From: Trichoplax adhaerens
Lineage: Eukaryota; Animalia; Placozoa
Assembly (NCBI RefSeq): GCF_000150275.1
Contig: NW_002060943.1
Location: forward strand, 5,910,008 to 5,974,007
Direction of reading: 5' to 3'
DNA: 64,000 nt
The notes under the pieces are model-generated. The model was not told where the DNA came from, did no database searches, and was given only the letters and a program-made list of their open reading frames with translations. The translations under genes and the position numbers were made by a program. Each line of letters opens with the position of its first letter. The first letter of the stretch is position 1. This document shows, piece after piece, positions 40,049 to 52,465 of the stretch.

Positions 40049-40062
40049 GTTGCTATAGTAAC
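40049..40062. promoter_or_regulatory. RFX X-box upstream of SPATA17
   Basis: GTTGCTATAGTAAC, a near-perfect palindromic X-box about 340 bp upstream of the SPATA17 ATG. Confidence 0.8.
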
Positions 40063-40081
40063 ATTTAGCACTTTATTTACC

Positions 40082-41830
40082 ATACAGTACCATCTTAACC
40101 ATGCTGTACGGTACTGTACGAGTGTACTGTACGGTACCACTGGACTGGGAGAAGACCTGGATTGATCCTGACCTCGGATGGACAGACTTTTCTTTACTAA
40201 ACGAGGCTGTTAATATGAAAAATGATTACATACAGTATGTACAGTACTGTACAGTACAGTACAGTACAGTTTAGAGTACTGTACATTGTACAACACAGGA
40301 TTGTACTGTACTGTAAGTAATGTACTGTACATATTGTGCAGTAATAACACTACAGTACACTGTACAGTACTTAGTATGGATCTTCTGTCTGTTTTCTTAG
40401 CGTCTGTGATCCTATGTAACTGTTTTCAAGCAGAACTTACACTAGAAGTCCACGTTAGGAATGTAAAGTACAGGGTACTGAGATGTTTAGATGTCCCTAA
40501 TTATTTGATTTCAGCAGGAATCTGCGACATCGAGTCAAAACTTTAGCAGATCTTGTATGTTGTACTGTACTGTACTGTGCACAAGTGTGCAGTATTTTAA
40601 AAGTCCGATTCAAAGTCGAACTGGCACAGTATACTGTAGTACTGATTGAGAGAATGTCGAATACAGTACATGTACGTCTTATGAAAGATGAAGCAGATTG
40701 AAGCTCTCTAAAGTACTACTGAGAACAGTTTTAAGGTGATTATACTGTAGGTGCAGACGAAAGACAACAGCGAGCTATGAGAAAACTTACTTTCTTATCA
40801 AACCCAATTTTTGCGGCATCGTCAGAAGAAAATAGGAAACGTTTGCCCATTGGTCTGATCGCCACAAATTTTCTAGCTACCGTTTGTTTGAGTAGGGATC
40901 AGGCCAATGAGCACACGCTTCTTGTTTTCTTACAAGACGAAATTATTGCCCCAGCTCTACTAGAAAGCTTCATCAATATATTACTGTACTGTATACTATA
41001 TGTTTAGAATTTAGAATTTATTGATTTTTTATATTATTTACTATTATAAATGGAAAATCGAATCTGTATGATAATAAACAATGTTACATTTTACAGTAAT
41101 ATTACAGCAATTGAGTAGTCAATGTAAAGTAATTCGGGTACAATAACATTCGTAGAGATTATCTGTGAGACCTTCACCATGGAAAAGCTGATAATAATGA
41201 CTTTATGGCCAGATAATTGATGATGAAAAGGTTATTTTCGGCCAGAACAAATGACCGCATTGACTGCCTTGAAGGATTACTAAAAATATCTCCAAATTAG
41301 GACGCTAACTCAGCCTCGTACAGACGGTACGTCAACAGCACTTTCTCCCCCTTTTAATTAATTAATTAATTATTATTATGCTGTACTGTATAATTAATCA
41401 ATATTAATAAATTACTGTAAGTACTGTAGCCACAGCTTCTGGGGTACTGTACTGTAAATGAGGAGGTGATGGCATCGGATGACAAACGCAAACTACTGTA
41501 CAGTACAGTACAGAGCTTGTTACTGTACTGTACTAGTGCTATTGCTGTACTGTACAGTAGTACAATATTTAGAATAATTTCGTTGATCCGGATACACTAC
41601 CAAATTAGCGTCAAAATGACTAATTTTAAACTTTCGAATCAATTTTGATGGCAAAAAAATCACTGATAGTCTACACCCTAGGCCTAGCAAAAACGTCAAC
41701 CTCACTGATTCTGTACTACAGTATACAGTAATAAAAGTTAGGAGAAGTTGGAGGTGGAACATTTTCTCACCACTCTGAAATTGGTTTGGATCCTCCAGTA
41801 CAGTACATACACTGTAGATTTGTACAGTCG
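40082..41830. repeat. (TACAG)n/(CTGTA)n-rich islands in the divergent SPATA17/DUSP intergenic region
   Basis: Runs at about 40082-40135, 40230-40375, 40557-40680, 40982-40995, 41380-41560 and 41712-41828. Confidence 0.85.
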
Positions 41831-41923
41831 TTTTGAGACTTACAATACAAGTCACCGTAGATTACGGCATAGTTACTCATCATGCTGATCATCGTCGACA
41901 GTAGGTATTTATTTACCGTACAG

Positions 41924-42148
41924 CCAATAGGATTGCAGCTGAATGTGTTATCTTGTGTGGCAAAGAATAGCCTATTGTTTGATATTTAAATAGATGTTTG
42001 ATTCGATCGCGAGACGAACGAAACCAGCCAAGCAGCAGCATTACGTCATCAGTCGACTGTAGACTGCAGCTATCATTAGTAGCGTTACAAATGACTTGCA
42101 GAATATATAAGCATTGTCTTGATCGCACCTTACGTTCTAACATCAGTT
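41924..42148 (+). promoter_or_regulatory. Putative core promoter of the MAPK phosphatase gene (CCAAT, CRE, TATA, Inr)
   Basis: CCAAT 41924-41928, TTACGTCA 42041-42048, TATATAAG from 42104, TCAGTT 42143-42148. The TATA-Inr spacing is somewhat longer than canonical. Confidence 0.5.
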
Positions 42149-43245
42149 ACCAACGCCTTTTCTGCCTTCACTCTCTGGAAATGGTGAAAGAAAAGACCAT
42201 CAGTTAGAACTCGGTCTATCCTGGAAAATTATTGCCGTCTTTGATTGAAAAGTGTGTAGTAACTTGAATTGTTGATTGGTATTGGATATCACAGATAGCA
42301 AATTGATTTCGATCAAGAGAACAAGTCAAGTTATCCAGTTGATTAATTCTTCAGCTACAATCCGCTCTCGTCAGGAAAAGCCAACTTTTCTTGCGGACAA
42401 TACAACCACTACTGTATAGTGTTTGGTATAATACAATACAGAAAACGCCAGTGTAAATACAGTCCTATTGCCGTAGGGTATCTGCCGTTATTAAGTTATA
42501 TATATATATATATACTTTTCTCATTGCGATCAAGCGACTACTTAAAGTCAATCAATCCTGATCGAATATCATCGCTCTTTCGAATTCGCTTCCAAACAGT
42601 TAACTCCGTCGAACGTCCACTTTGCCCCTTCAATTGGAGCGAATTTAGTCCATGCCAAAATTGGACTTCAAGATTTTCCTCCTCTCACTTCGAAACGGTG
42701 ACTCATTGTTGGTGAATGCCATTCTTTAGGGTAATGGACAAAGGGAAATTTACTTACGGCGGCTAAAAAAGTAACGTCTGAAACTATCAAGTAAAGTTGT
42801 TCAATTCACCAAGTCCTATTTTTTTACTTGGATATTCAAAGTCAATTTGGTTGTACACGTTGAGCGAATTAAATTCATCTCCATAAGTAAACGGATTGAT
42901 ATCGTTCAAGTATCTAAATATACAAAAAAAAGAACTACTATTATTATTGTGATCTGTGAAAGCTAAAATAATTTCAAGTTGTGTACAGCACAGCTTGAAA
43001 GTAAACAAGTTCGAAAAGTCGAGCTTCAAGGTGACGATAGTTAGATCATTCCTAATCTACTTTGTATTGCTACCGAGAAAATATATAAACACCTAAAGTC
43101 TTTTTTATTATATCGATTCGACTAGCGTACGTAGCCTACGTTCGATACTGTTGGAGTGCAACTGCAATATACATATTATTCATCAAATTGTCAAGCCATA
43201 CGGTACCGTATTCATGAGCTTCTGCAACTAAAGCTAAAGCAACAA

Positions 43246-45061
43246 ATGGTAGATTACTACATGGCCAACTTTTCTAATTGCTTTACTAATGTTACTAAAT
43301 CGCCCAAATTAATAATCCCATCTAGCGATTTAGCGACAAAATGCTCTCTTGCTTCGTCAGCAAATGCAACTAATTCCCCTCCACGTAGCCCCTCGCTATG
43401 CCTACAAAGTCAATTTTTACCTAGAGCTCCTTATCTTAACGGTACGACAATGGACCAGGGAAAATCGAGCCCCATCATCGGTCGAAATGATGGCGCATCA
43501 CACTTTTATGTATTCAAACCATTTAATAAGCATGAACTACGCAATGGCCATGTTTTGTCGGATGATGAAGGTTACGGAGGATCGCAAGAAGAAAGTCCTA
43601 CGACTGCAAATCCAAATCCTGACCGTCTTAATCAACACGTATTTTTACGACCTATAAAGATGGCTCAAGCCTATGGCGATTATACTAATGGATCAATCAA
43701 CGAAAGAAAAATTATCCCAGACAGTGGTACTGGTACTCCTGTAGTAGAAAATTCTGAATCACAAGTTGTAAGAAATACGGATGCTACTTCTAATGGTGTT
43801 GGTAATGAAAAAGCAACTCTACAATTAATAACGAATCGCCGACCTCATTCATTATCTTATTCTGCTGGTAGCAGTTCTAATATTTGCGATTCAATGAGAG
43901 ACAAAAAAGCTCGAAAATCGAAATTTAAAGGTAAAATCAGAAACTGTAGTTTTGCATATTACTCCATCAATTTAAACCATGAAATATTGTAAAGTAGAGT
44001 CCAAGAAAGCGCTACTGTGTAATATAATAAATATACTGTCTATACTCGTACTGACAGCAGGTCAAATTTGTACAAGCTGTCGTATAGTATTGTAAATCCA
44101 AGAACGATGCTATCGGTATGACTTGGTATGACTTGACTAATCCCGGATAATTCCGCATTAACATTTTTATAGGTCATTTAACACTATCTGTATCTCATTA
44201 TTCATGTCCTGTTTCGGATCCGACGCAATCATCCCCTTGTCAAGATGAAGTGCCTGCAACTCGCATTTTAAAATTTCTATTCTTAGGTAGTGAATCAGAT
44301 TCGATAAACGAGGACTTATTAGATCGTTTGAATATCGCTTTTGTAATAAATGTTACTGCCAACTTGCCTAATGTCTTTGAGCATAAGCGTAAAGATATCA
44401 AGTATTTTAGAATCGCTGTGAACGATAGCTCTAGAGAAGATATTAGTAAACATTTCGATACGGCCTTCCATTTTATCGGTTAGTATGCTATATCAAATAT
44501 AGATAGTTTAGAATAGTGTTTTAAATGTAAAGTATATTATTAGATAGACTACGTGTCCTCGGAGAGTGGCATACAATAAATCGAGGCTACAATATATTAA
44601 ATACCTATATCGCTTCAATTTCTAATAAATATATGAGTAGTCAGGACGCTCCTCTCCAAAATATTGAATAATCATTAAATTTGAATATAATGCAACTAAG
44701 TCAGCAGTTTAGCATGGTATTGCGGAACTTACTTTAGCTCCATTGAACGTAGTTGTTGATACAAAATGTGCTTTGCCTTAATGATTTTAAATCGCGGTAT
44801 CTATAATCTAATTTTGACTACTATTTTATAGAGTTAGCTCGCCTTTCTGGTAAAGGTTGCTTGGTACATTGTCAAGCCGGTATATCACGATCAACAACTA
44901 TAGTGGTGTCTTATTTGATGAGACACAACGGACATTCCTTCGATGATGCTTATAAATACGTGAAGAAGATGAGACCAATTGTATCACCTAATATCAGTTT
45001 TGTTGGAGCTTTAAAGATGTACGAAGACACGATCGGCGGCAGTCAGTTGGCACTTGAGTAA
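43246..45061 (+). CDS. DUSP10: Dual-specificity MAP kinase phosphatase, DUSP10/MKP5/puckered-like; exons 43246-43930, 44173-44478, 44832-45061
   Basis: Catalytic VHCQAGISRS; ILKFLFLG, RLNIAFVINVTANLP, the general-acid loop VNDSS, and DAYKYVK..RPIVSPN resemble the DUSP10 catalytic domain. In-frame GT-AG junctions. The start codon is either 43246 or 43261. Confidence 0.8.
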
Positions 45062-46549
45062 CAATTGGTAATTAACTGACCTGCTGTAACTAGGTTGCTG
45101 GCTTAATCAGAGATTGAGCGATCGTCAAGAGTTAAATCGCGCTGGAAATAGCATTTCTTGCGATAACTCGAATTGTTATCATGTTTTGTGATCTAAGTAA
45201 TATGAAATAACTATGCTAGGTTGTATAAAAAAAGATTATCGTTGCATTTTTTAAAGCTGCAGCCTGATAATATTAATACGGTCAAAATACTGTAATGTAA
45301 CATAGTCAAACGAACACCGTAATATTTATTTCATGATCATCTGTTGACTACTTTGATATAGCAAGCAGTTTAGAATTAGATGAATTTTGTACAGTCCGCT
45401 GAAGGAAAAGTAGATATCCAACAATATGTATAATTTAAATCACCAATATCGTTACAGTAAAGCAAACTGCACTTAAGTCTGGAAATTGAGTGATTTAATA
45501 TAACTAACCATTAAATCTGAAATGTAATGGTATGTTGCTTCGCAGTATCAACATTCATTGTTTTCCAAAATTGTAGAGTAATATTAGTAGGTAGCTCTCC
45601 TGGTATTCATTTGCTGTAGCAATAGCATTTTGTGGCACAATTTGGCTGAATTGTTAGTAAATACTGAGTTAATCTCACAACGGCTGTATTATTCTGTTTG
45701 TGACTATCATTTGTTCATGCCTTAAGCAAGAAGGGGCTTATTACTTGTGCGCTCGCATTTTTTAATATAATTCCCTTGACACAGTTTAATGTTAAATTTT
45801 GATTGATTTCATCTTTGAAGCAGGGTATTCTGTTATTTCTTATGGTCAAAACTATTACGGTGTTACATAAGCAAGACATAGTACGGTATCTTTTATCCAG
45901 TGCTTATAAGCAAATCTGAACTTGGCGTTATTTTGAAGAAGTTATAATTGCCATAAAGCCTTTAATCTCAATTCATCTGTGCTCTGCGAGCATATATTCG
46001 ATAACGTAGCTTAATTATTTTATCTCTAAAAAGAACTACCCTATGCTTGTACCTGTACGAATTTAGTTAATATAATATTAGCAAAATTGGTATAAGGTAC
46101 AATATTTTATTAAATTAATCTTGTTTTGCATGTATTAAAGATTCAGTGTAAAACCTACAGAAATGATCATAGCTATGTGTGGACTAGATTACCATTACGG
46201 TAATATAGTAATCAGATGGTTAATAATATGCGATGGTGTACTTTAATTTCACATCGTATCTTGTATCATAATAAGCCATAAGGATGCACGATTCCTGATA
46301 CGAATATCTATCAACAATGTTCAATGTCCAATTGTCCATGGATAGGACCTTGGCAATAGGTTCAATGTGTTCAGGAAATTATAGTCAGTATCCCATATAC
46401 TTTTATGGGCTGACATTTAGGTTAGAAGTACTGTACATCTGTTTACGGTTAAAGCCTTGTTTAATAATCATAATAATAATAAACTACTGTATTACTCACA
46501 CGTTATTGAATATGCAAAGACACGAGTCCATATGGTAGCGTCACTATGA

Positions 46550-47159
46550 TTACGTCAATTAAATTAGTCTACACACAGTCAGTTGATTGACTCATATGAT
46601 AATTTTATATCAATTCCACGAAATGCTCTGGTATATACTATAAATTATCTGAAATAAAGACAATATTGCATAACTATGTTTTGTCTTTCTGAAATTCTGG
46701 TATGACTCATAGTTATATATATATACAGTTATAAGGAGAGAGCTCTATTAAAAGCGATGGCCACCTACTGATATATACGCCATGTCTTGTACTCTCAGTA
46801 TGGTGTTGGTAACAATAGCGTGCTGTTCATTGAATAGAAATCATCTCGGTGGAAGTATTGGCCGGATTTAATTAGTACAAGTACCATACGTACAGTACAT
46901 CATATTTAGGCTATTATTATAAGATTTATCTTGGAAGCACTATTTGACATACCAAAATGTAATGAATCACCACTAATTATCCATAAATAAGATAAATCCA
47001 AACGACGGCAAGTATAGTATATGCCGCAATGTTTACAAAAACAGATTATGACGTAAAATAAGACAGACTCATTATCATTTCCATTTCTATTTACGTTGTA
47101 CTGTACATGCAGGGAAAGTTAATGATTTTGTTTCTGATTTGTTTCCTAAAATTACGTAA
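46550..47159. promoter_or_regulatory. Cluster of AP-1/CRE (bZIP) sites downstream of the DUSP gene; candidate enhancer
   Basis: TTACGTCA 46550, TGACTCA 46588 and 46703, TGACGTAA 47049, TTACGTAA 47152. Confidence 0.45.
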
Positions 47160-49589
47160 GGAATGCAAAAAATGTACTTTTAAGGTCCCTGCTTTGATAA
47201 CATGAGTAATCAGTGAAATAGATTTTTTTTTAGTAAACTAATAATGTATTAGTTAACGTACAATTAAATTCTCGAATACTCGTATGTTTCCTAGGTATTT
47301 GACGATATGGGAAAGTGGTCATCACGTAGACCAATTGATTTTAGAAATATTTTATCACCAGAAAGATCGAATTCATGAATAATAAAGCAAATAATTACGG
47401 TACAATATCTGCATTATTTTCAGTGTTATTACTCTTATATTAATAGAAATTTTAGCTGATAAAACGACATTCAACATAACTTGATTTACAGTGGTGTTTC
47501 ATGTCGGAAAGTTTTACTGATATTATGACATCGCGCGGTCAAGATGAAAATATTAGAAAGTAGCAAGCGTTGCCTGGGTGTTCTACTGTTGGCGACTGAT
47601 ATTCATATCTGTAATAAAACACCATTTCTAAAATCGATTTTGTTCTTAATCCCCTAATAAGGCTAATCACACCCAATGCCAGAAATTCTGTCATCCCTAA
47701 ACAGAATACGCAACCGCGGTAGCACTATATTCCAAGTACTCGTATTTCCTGTACTGGATTCATAGAACACAGTCGTAAAAAAAGATTTTATCGTATTTAT
47801 TTTATTTTATATGTCATATTATGAAAAAATTTACGATACCAATCAAATTATTAATCAGTATCATTTTACTGGATGCTTAAATCCAGTTTTAAATTATGAC
47901 AGCATTACACTGCAGTAACTGCCTATCAATTCTACAGTTCACCCGTACTTTGGAGAGAACTAAACGCGAACGGTTGCGTACAATTTTTTCTCGTTAATGC
48001 TGCTTTTGTATAAACTCTGATATTGTTGTAGTAAATGAATTGTAATGCTACATTTCACGTAAACTGCAAACCCTCACCATTATTAGTTATCATTTATGGA
48101 TTGATTGATTTGAACAACCTAGTAAATTAAACGTACCGTGATATAATCACCTAGCACATTTCTTCAGAAGTATCCATGCTAATTCGTAAAGATGGTGTAC
48201 GTAGTAATGATGCAATGGATAAGATAAACGTAAAAATATAGTTCTAGAAGCTTCCTCCTAGAATATCACCCATTATCTTATCGTAGAGTTTAACCATGTT
48301 GATTGTTGTAACACTATATGAGAGGTTGTCAATAATCTAAGTAAGAAATACTATGGCTAATAAAGATATATGGATTTCAACAATATCAATGAATGCACTG
48401 TATACATGTTCAACATACACATATTTAGGCATAGGAGTTTGCAATAATGCAGCACCATTAAACAAGTGACAATTATTCTTACGTAATTTTAGAAACTCAC
48501 TGAAAAGTCTAAATGTCATTACAGGAACCCTTCTCATTTAAAAATGGGTAAGCAAGACTGTTTTGGAAAATCGCATGATATAATTTGTATTGCGCAGTTG
48601 TATAGGCTTCAAATCACGCCATCTTACAATGCTATCCCGCATACAGTATCTAAACAGATGCAAAATTAAAAAATAAACATCATTTCTTCTCAGGGTATTA
48701 GAGCTTGTGATGAATGTAGGTATAACCCTGTGGTGTTTATTTTTAGTTTATAACACTTAAGTGCAAAAGAAGGACATTTTAAAAGTACGATACATCTGGA
48801 AGATTACAATTTATCGATTCTTTTTTTTTAGCAATGCTACGTATACATCTGTCAAATTACTGGCTGATAGAAGAGTTTGAACACACGCTGTTACTATAAC
48901 ATATAATAATCTAATTTAATCGCAAATTTCCGATGCATTCAAGAAGTAAAGTTTAGCAAATTAATATTTTGAAATTTAATACGATAAAGCGTAAATGTAA
49001 GTGTAGAAGCTAAAAGCTGATACAATAGCTACAGTCTATAATAAAGCAGTAAAGGGTAGCAAAAATTTGAATATAGCAGAACCTTATGTAATTTAAATCT
49101 TAATTCAAGTAATTTGCTATTACGTCCGTGTGGCACTACAGCAGTAATACTGTATAAACACCTATAATAACAGTTATAATCTGTCAATGCCGTAAATAGA
49201 ACTTATAGTTATGTTGAGTATTAATAGTAAATCTGTGGCTGAGTTAATAAATTGGGTCTGTAATCGATGTAGTGCTAGTTGATACCATATTATTCTTTAA
49301 ATGCTAAATATTAGAATATTACATTACATGATTATATTATTTATAGCGAAAGAATTTTTCTAATATTTTAGAAATAATTTAATAATCCCTACGTAGCCAT
49401 TACTCATTCCATAATTTATCATTAGTCATACATAGGCTTGCCAGCTGCCAAATATTACAGGCAAACTTATTCTTACCAGATATTAGTCATTTGGTTTAAT
49501 TACTTATGACTCATTCGCTTATTACCGGTAATTTAGATTGAATTATACGAAATCCGTGTACAGTTTCCGATAATGATACCTTAATTATT

Positions 49590-50335
49590 ACCGTATCAAA
49601 CCTATCTAATTTTTGAACGCATTTTCGGATGTATCTATTATAACCGTTTTACCTACTTATAAGGTATACATATAAGGTGTGATTCGTAAATCATTACTCA
49701 TAAGCCTTAAAAGCTGTAAAATCCGTGCATAATGACCGCTATTGATAGCTTTATTATTATCAAAATATCTGGCTCTTGAATACATTTTCGATGTATGTAT
49801 TATAAAGTCTTTACCTATAAGATATATATATAAGATGCGACTTAAAAATCATTACGTATAAGCTTAAAAGCTGCAAAATCCAATCATAGTGACTGATATT
49901 GATAGTTTAATCATTAATTATCAAAATTATCTGGCTCTTGAATATATTTTAAGATGCATGTTTTTAAACTTCAAACCTATAATATATCTAAGGTATAATT
50001 CAAAAGCCATTGCTCATGAGTTTATAAGTTGTAAAATCTGTTCATTGTGACTGATGCTGATAGCTTAATCATTATCATAACTATCTGACTCTTGAAAACA
50101 TTTTCGGATGTATGTTATAGAGTCTGTACCAATAAGATATATATATATAAAGTGTGATTCATGAATTATTATTCATAAGTTTATAAGCTGTACAGTTCGT
50201 GCATAGTCACCGATATTGATAGCTTAATCATTATCAAAACTATCTGTCTCTCCAATACATTTTCGGATGCGTTATAAACATTTTACTTATAAGGTTTAAT
50301 TCATCAGCCATTACTCATCAATTTATAAACTGTAA
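49590..50335. repeat. Intergenic tandem repeat, about 158-bp unit, about 5 diverged copies
   Basis: ATTATCAAAA.TATCTGGCTCTTGAATACATTTTCGGATG and CATTACTCATAAG..AGCTGTAAAATC recur, with anchors near 49692, 49850, 50008, 50167 and 50309. Confidence 0.9.
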
Positions 50336-52314
50336 ATCATCGCTGACGTAATGCTGGATAGATATCAAGACTATGCATATGGAGTCGATGTATCATAAAT
50401 ATGGATTGTGATTTCTGAGAAGTTAACAATAATTATAACCTCGTTATTAATCCTAAATACGTGTTCAACGAGATTTAGCAGAATATTGCTTCAGCAGATT
50501 CATGGCTGATAAATAGACTAACAGAAAAACATGCTGCAGAAATGCTATTGCATGAAGGTTAGGCTAACATATATATTAAATTGTATCAACGTATTTCTAC
50601 AGATGGATGTAGCGTACGAGGTACCGCTATACTTTTATACGCTACTGTATGAAAGCCTCCGTGTCCACTTCAAAGTAATAGTTCCCTTGTATTTGGCTAT
50701 AGCAGTACGATTTTACTTTCTCAGAACATATGCGATACAAGGAGTATGTATATAGTGATACTCTGAGTGAGGTTTAGTACAGTAAAATCTGTATGATATT
50801 TCTGTGATTGTAGAAAGCAAATATATTATGTATCAAGGCAGTAGAGGCAAAATTTAGCTTCAAATTATTCACACTATAGTAAAATGACAGAATGTTAAGT
50901 CACTGAAAAGGTGTCCTTTCGTCCCTTTGTAGGTATCTGTGTGAAAATTAAGTTGAGATCAAATCGACCTTCCAGTATCTCTACAATGATTTATTATCCA
51001 TTATAATTATCACTAGTCGCCACGGATCGTCAACAATCCATCATCTCTTCCAGGTGTAAACTATAAATATATTTGACTAACATAGGTGTAGCCTTGACTA
51101 CAGTATATTGTACTGTGTTAAAGCCGAAAATCAATATTAATGACTAGCAAGTTAAAAAAATGAAGTTATCCCTAATATTTGGAGATATAGTAAATGATCC
51201 ATGCTGTGATGAATGTAAATATGGTTTGTATTAGTAGTTTCTATAGCGCTACATTGTTATCAACTATTATATTGTACAGTGCGTATAGACCGTATGGTAT
51301 ATTTAATTATATTTTAATTAATTATTTATCTCAAATTATCAAAGCGCAATATTGTAGTAGAGAATCTACTAGTTCAATTCCAGATAACCAGCGTTACAGC
51401 GATTTCATATATAATTATTCCCATGTAGAAATTTCTGACGATACTATGATTCACAATGCGTGATTGTATTTATGTCTATGATGAATTGACACATAGCTGC
51501 AAGAAGTATCGTATTTTAAAGAATAAAATGCAATGACGATGAAGTCAATTGCTTCCCATGCTTTCTTGAAGATATAGTCATGATATCACACACTGTGTTG
51601 ACCACATTGCGATTGATTCACATGACTTGCAGTCTATCGACGTATTTCACCAAAAAAGGCACAAAGCAATGGTTTAAAATGTAGAATCAATAAAAGCTGT
51701 TGCAAAGCACATGCATTTTATCCAATGATGTCACCACGCAATCGCAAGTGGCATTAAGAACTCATTATTGACCAGATGGATCATGGATCAATCAATTAAT
51801 GTGTCGGTAGCAAACTATTGCATCTTCAATATGCGCCTAGCTCGCATGTCTATGCATCTATTTTGAGTATGTTCTGGGGTGGTCTATTGAAGTCGGTCAA
51901 ATGACTTCAAAAATAGATCACTATTGCTACTCTAAAATGCCGAAAGACAAAAAATCAATTTTACAGGGAAGAAATAGTCGCGTGGGTGGAAATTCTTCTC
52001 CTTGACCGATCGTCTATTAATGATGTTGGTACTAGTGTGCCAATATTCAGATCGTATTGTCCTACAAGATTGCATACGAGAGACGAAAGAGAGAGTAGTG
52101 ATTTAAATCAAGTGAAATACCAATACCATAACGACTGGTTACAAATATAGTCTAAATATGCCAATTATTTGGCCATGCTATGTGTACAGTATACTATGCT
52201 ACCTAGCTAGGACACAGCTGGATGTAACTACTTTCTAACTTTGTACCTCCCATTTGATTACGTTTAGATGGTCGCCACGACGACAAAATGCTACAATTCT
52301 GTTGACAAATGCGC

Positions 52315-52465
52315 TTGACCAATCATAACTATTGCTCTTTACCGCCATACCGTGGAAGTAATCAGTTAAGACGCTCTCGACTAAAGTAATTACTTCTCTT
52401 TAGTTCCATGATTGGTCCAGCGTTGCCATGGTAAAACGTATTTGGTCACGAGTTGCTTGGTAGCT
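52315..52465 (+). promoter_or_regulatory. Putative FoxN2/3 promoter with CCAAT boxes and X-box-like sites
   Basis: CCAAT near 52319, ATTGG at 52411, GTTGCCATGGTAAA at 52422-52435, GTTGCTTGGTAGC near 52452. A likely non-coding exon ends at donor GTAAGT (52807) and splices to an acceptor at 54190. Confidence 0.5.

Noticed and set aside
46317-51463. Short ORFs in the DUSP-FoxN interval (46317, 48337, 50531, 51194)
   Set aside because: Their composition is typical of AT-rich non-coding DNA, and I could not chain them into a spliced gene with any recognisable motif.
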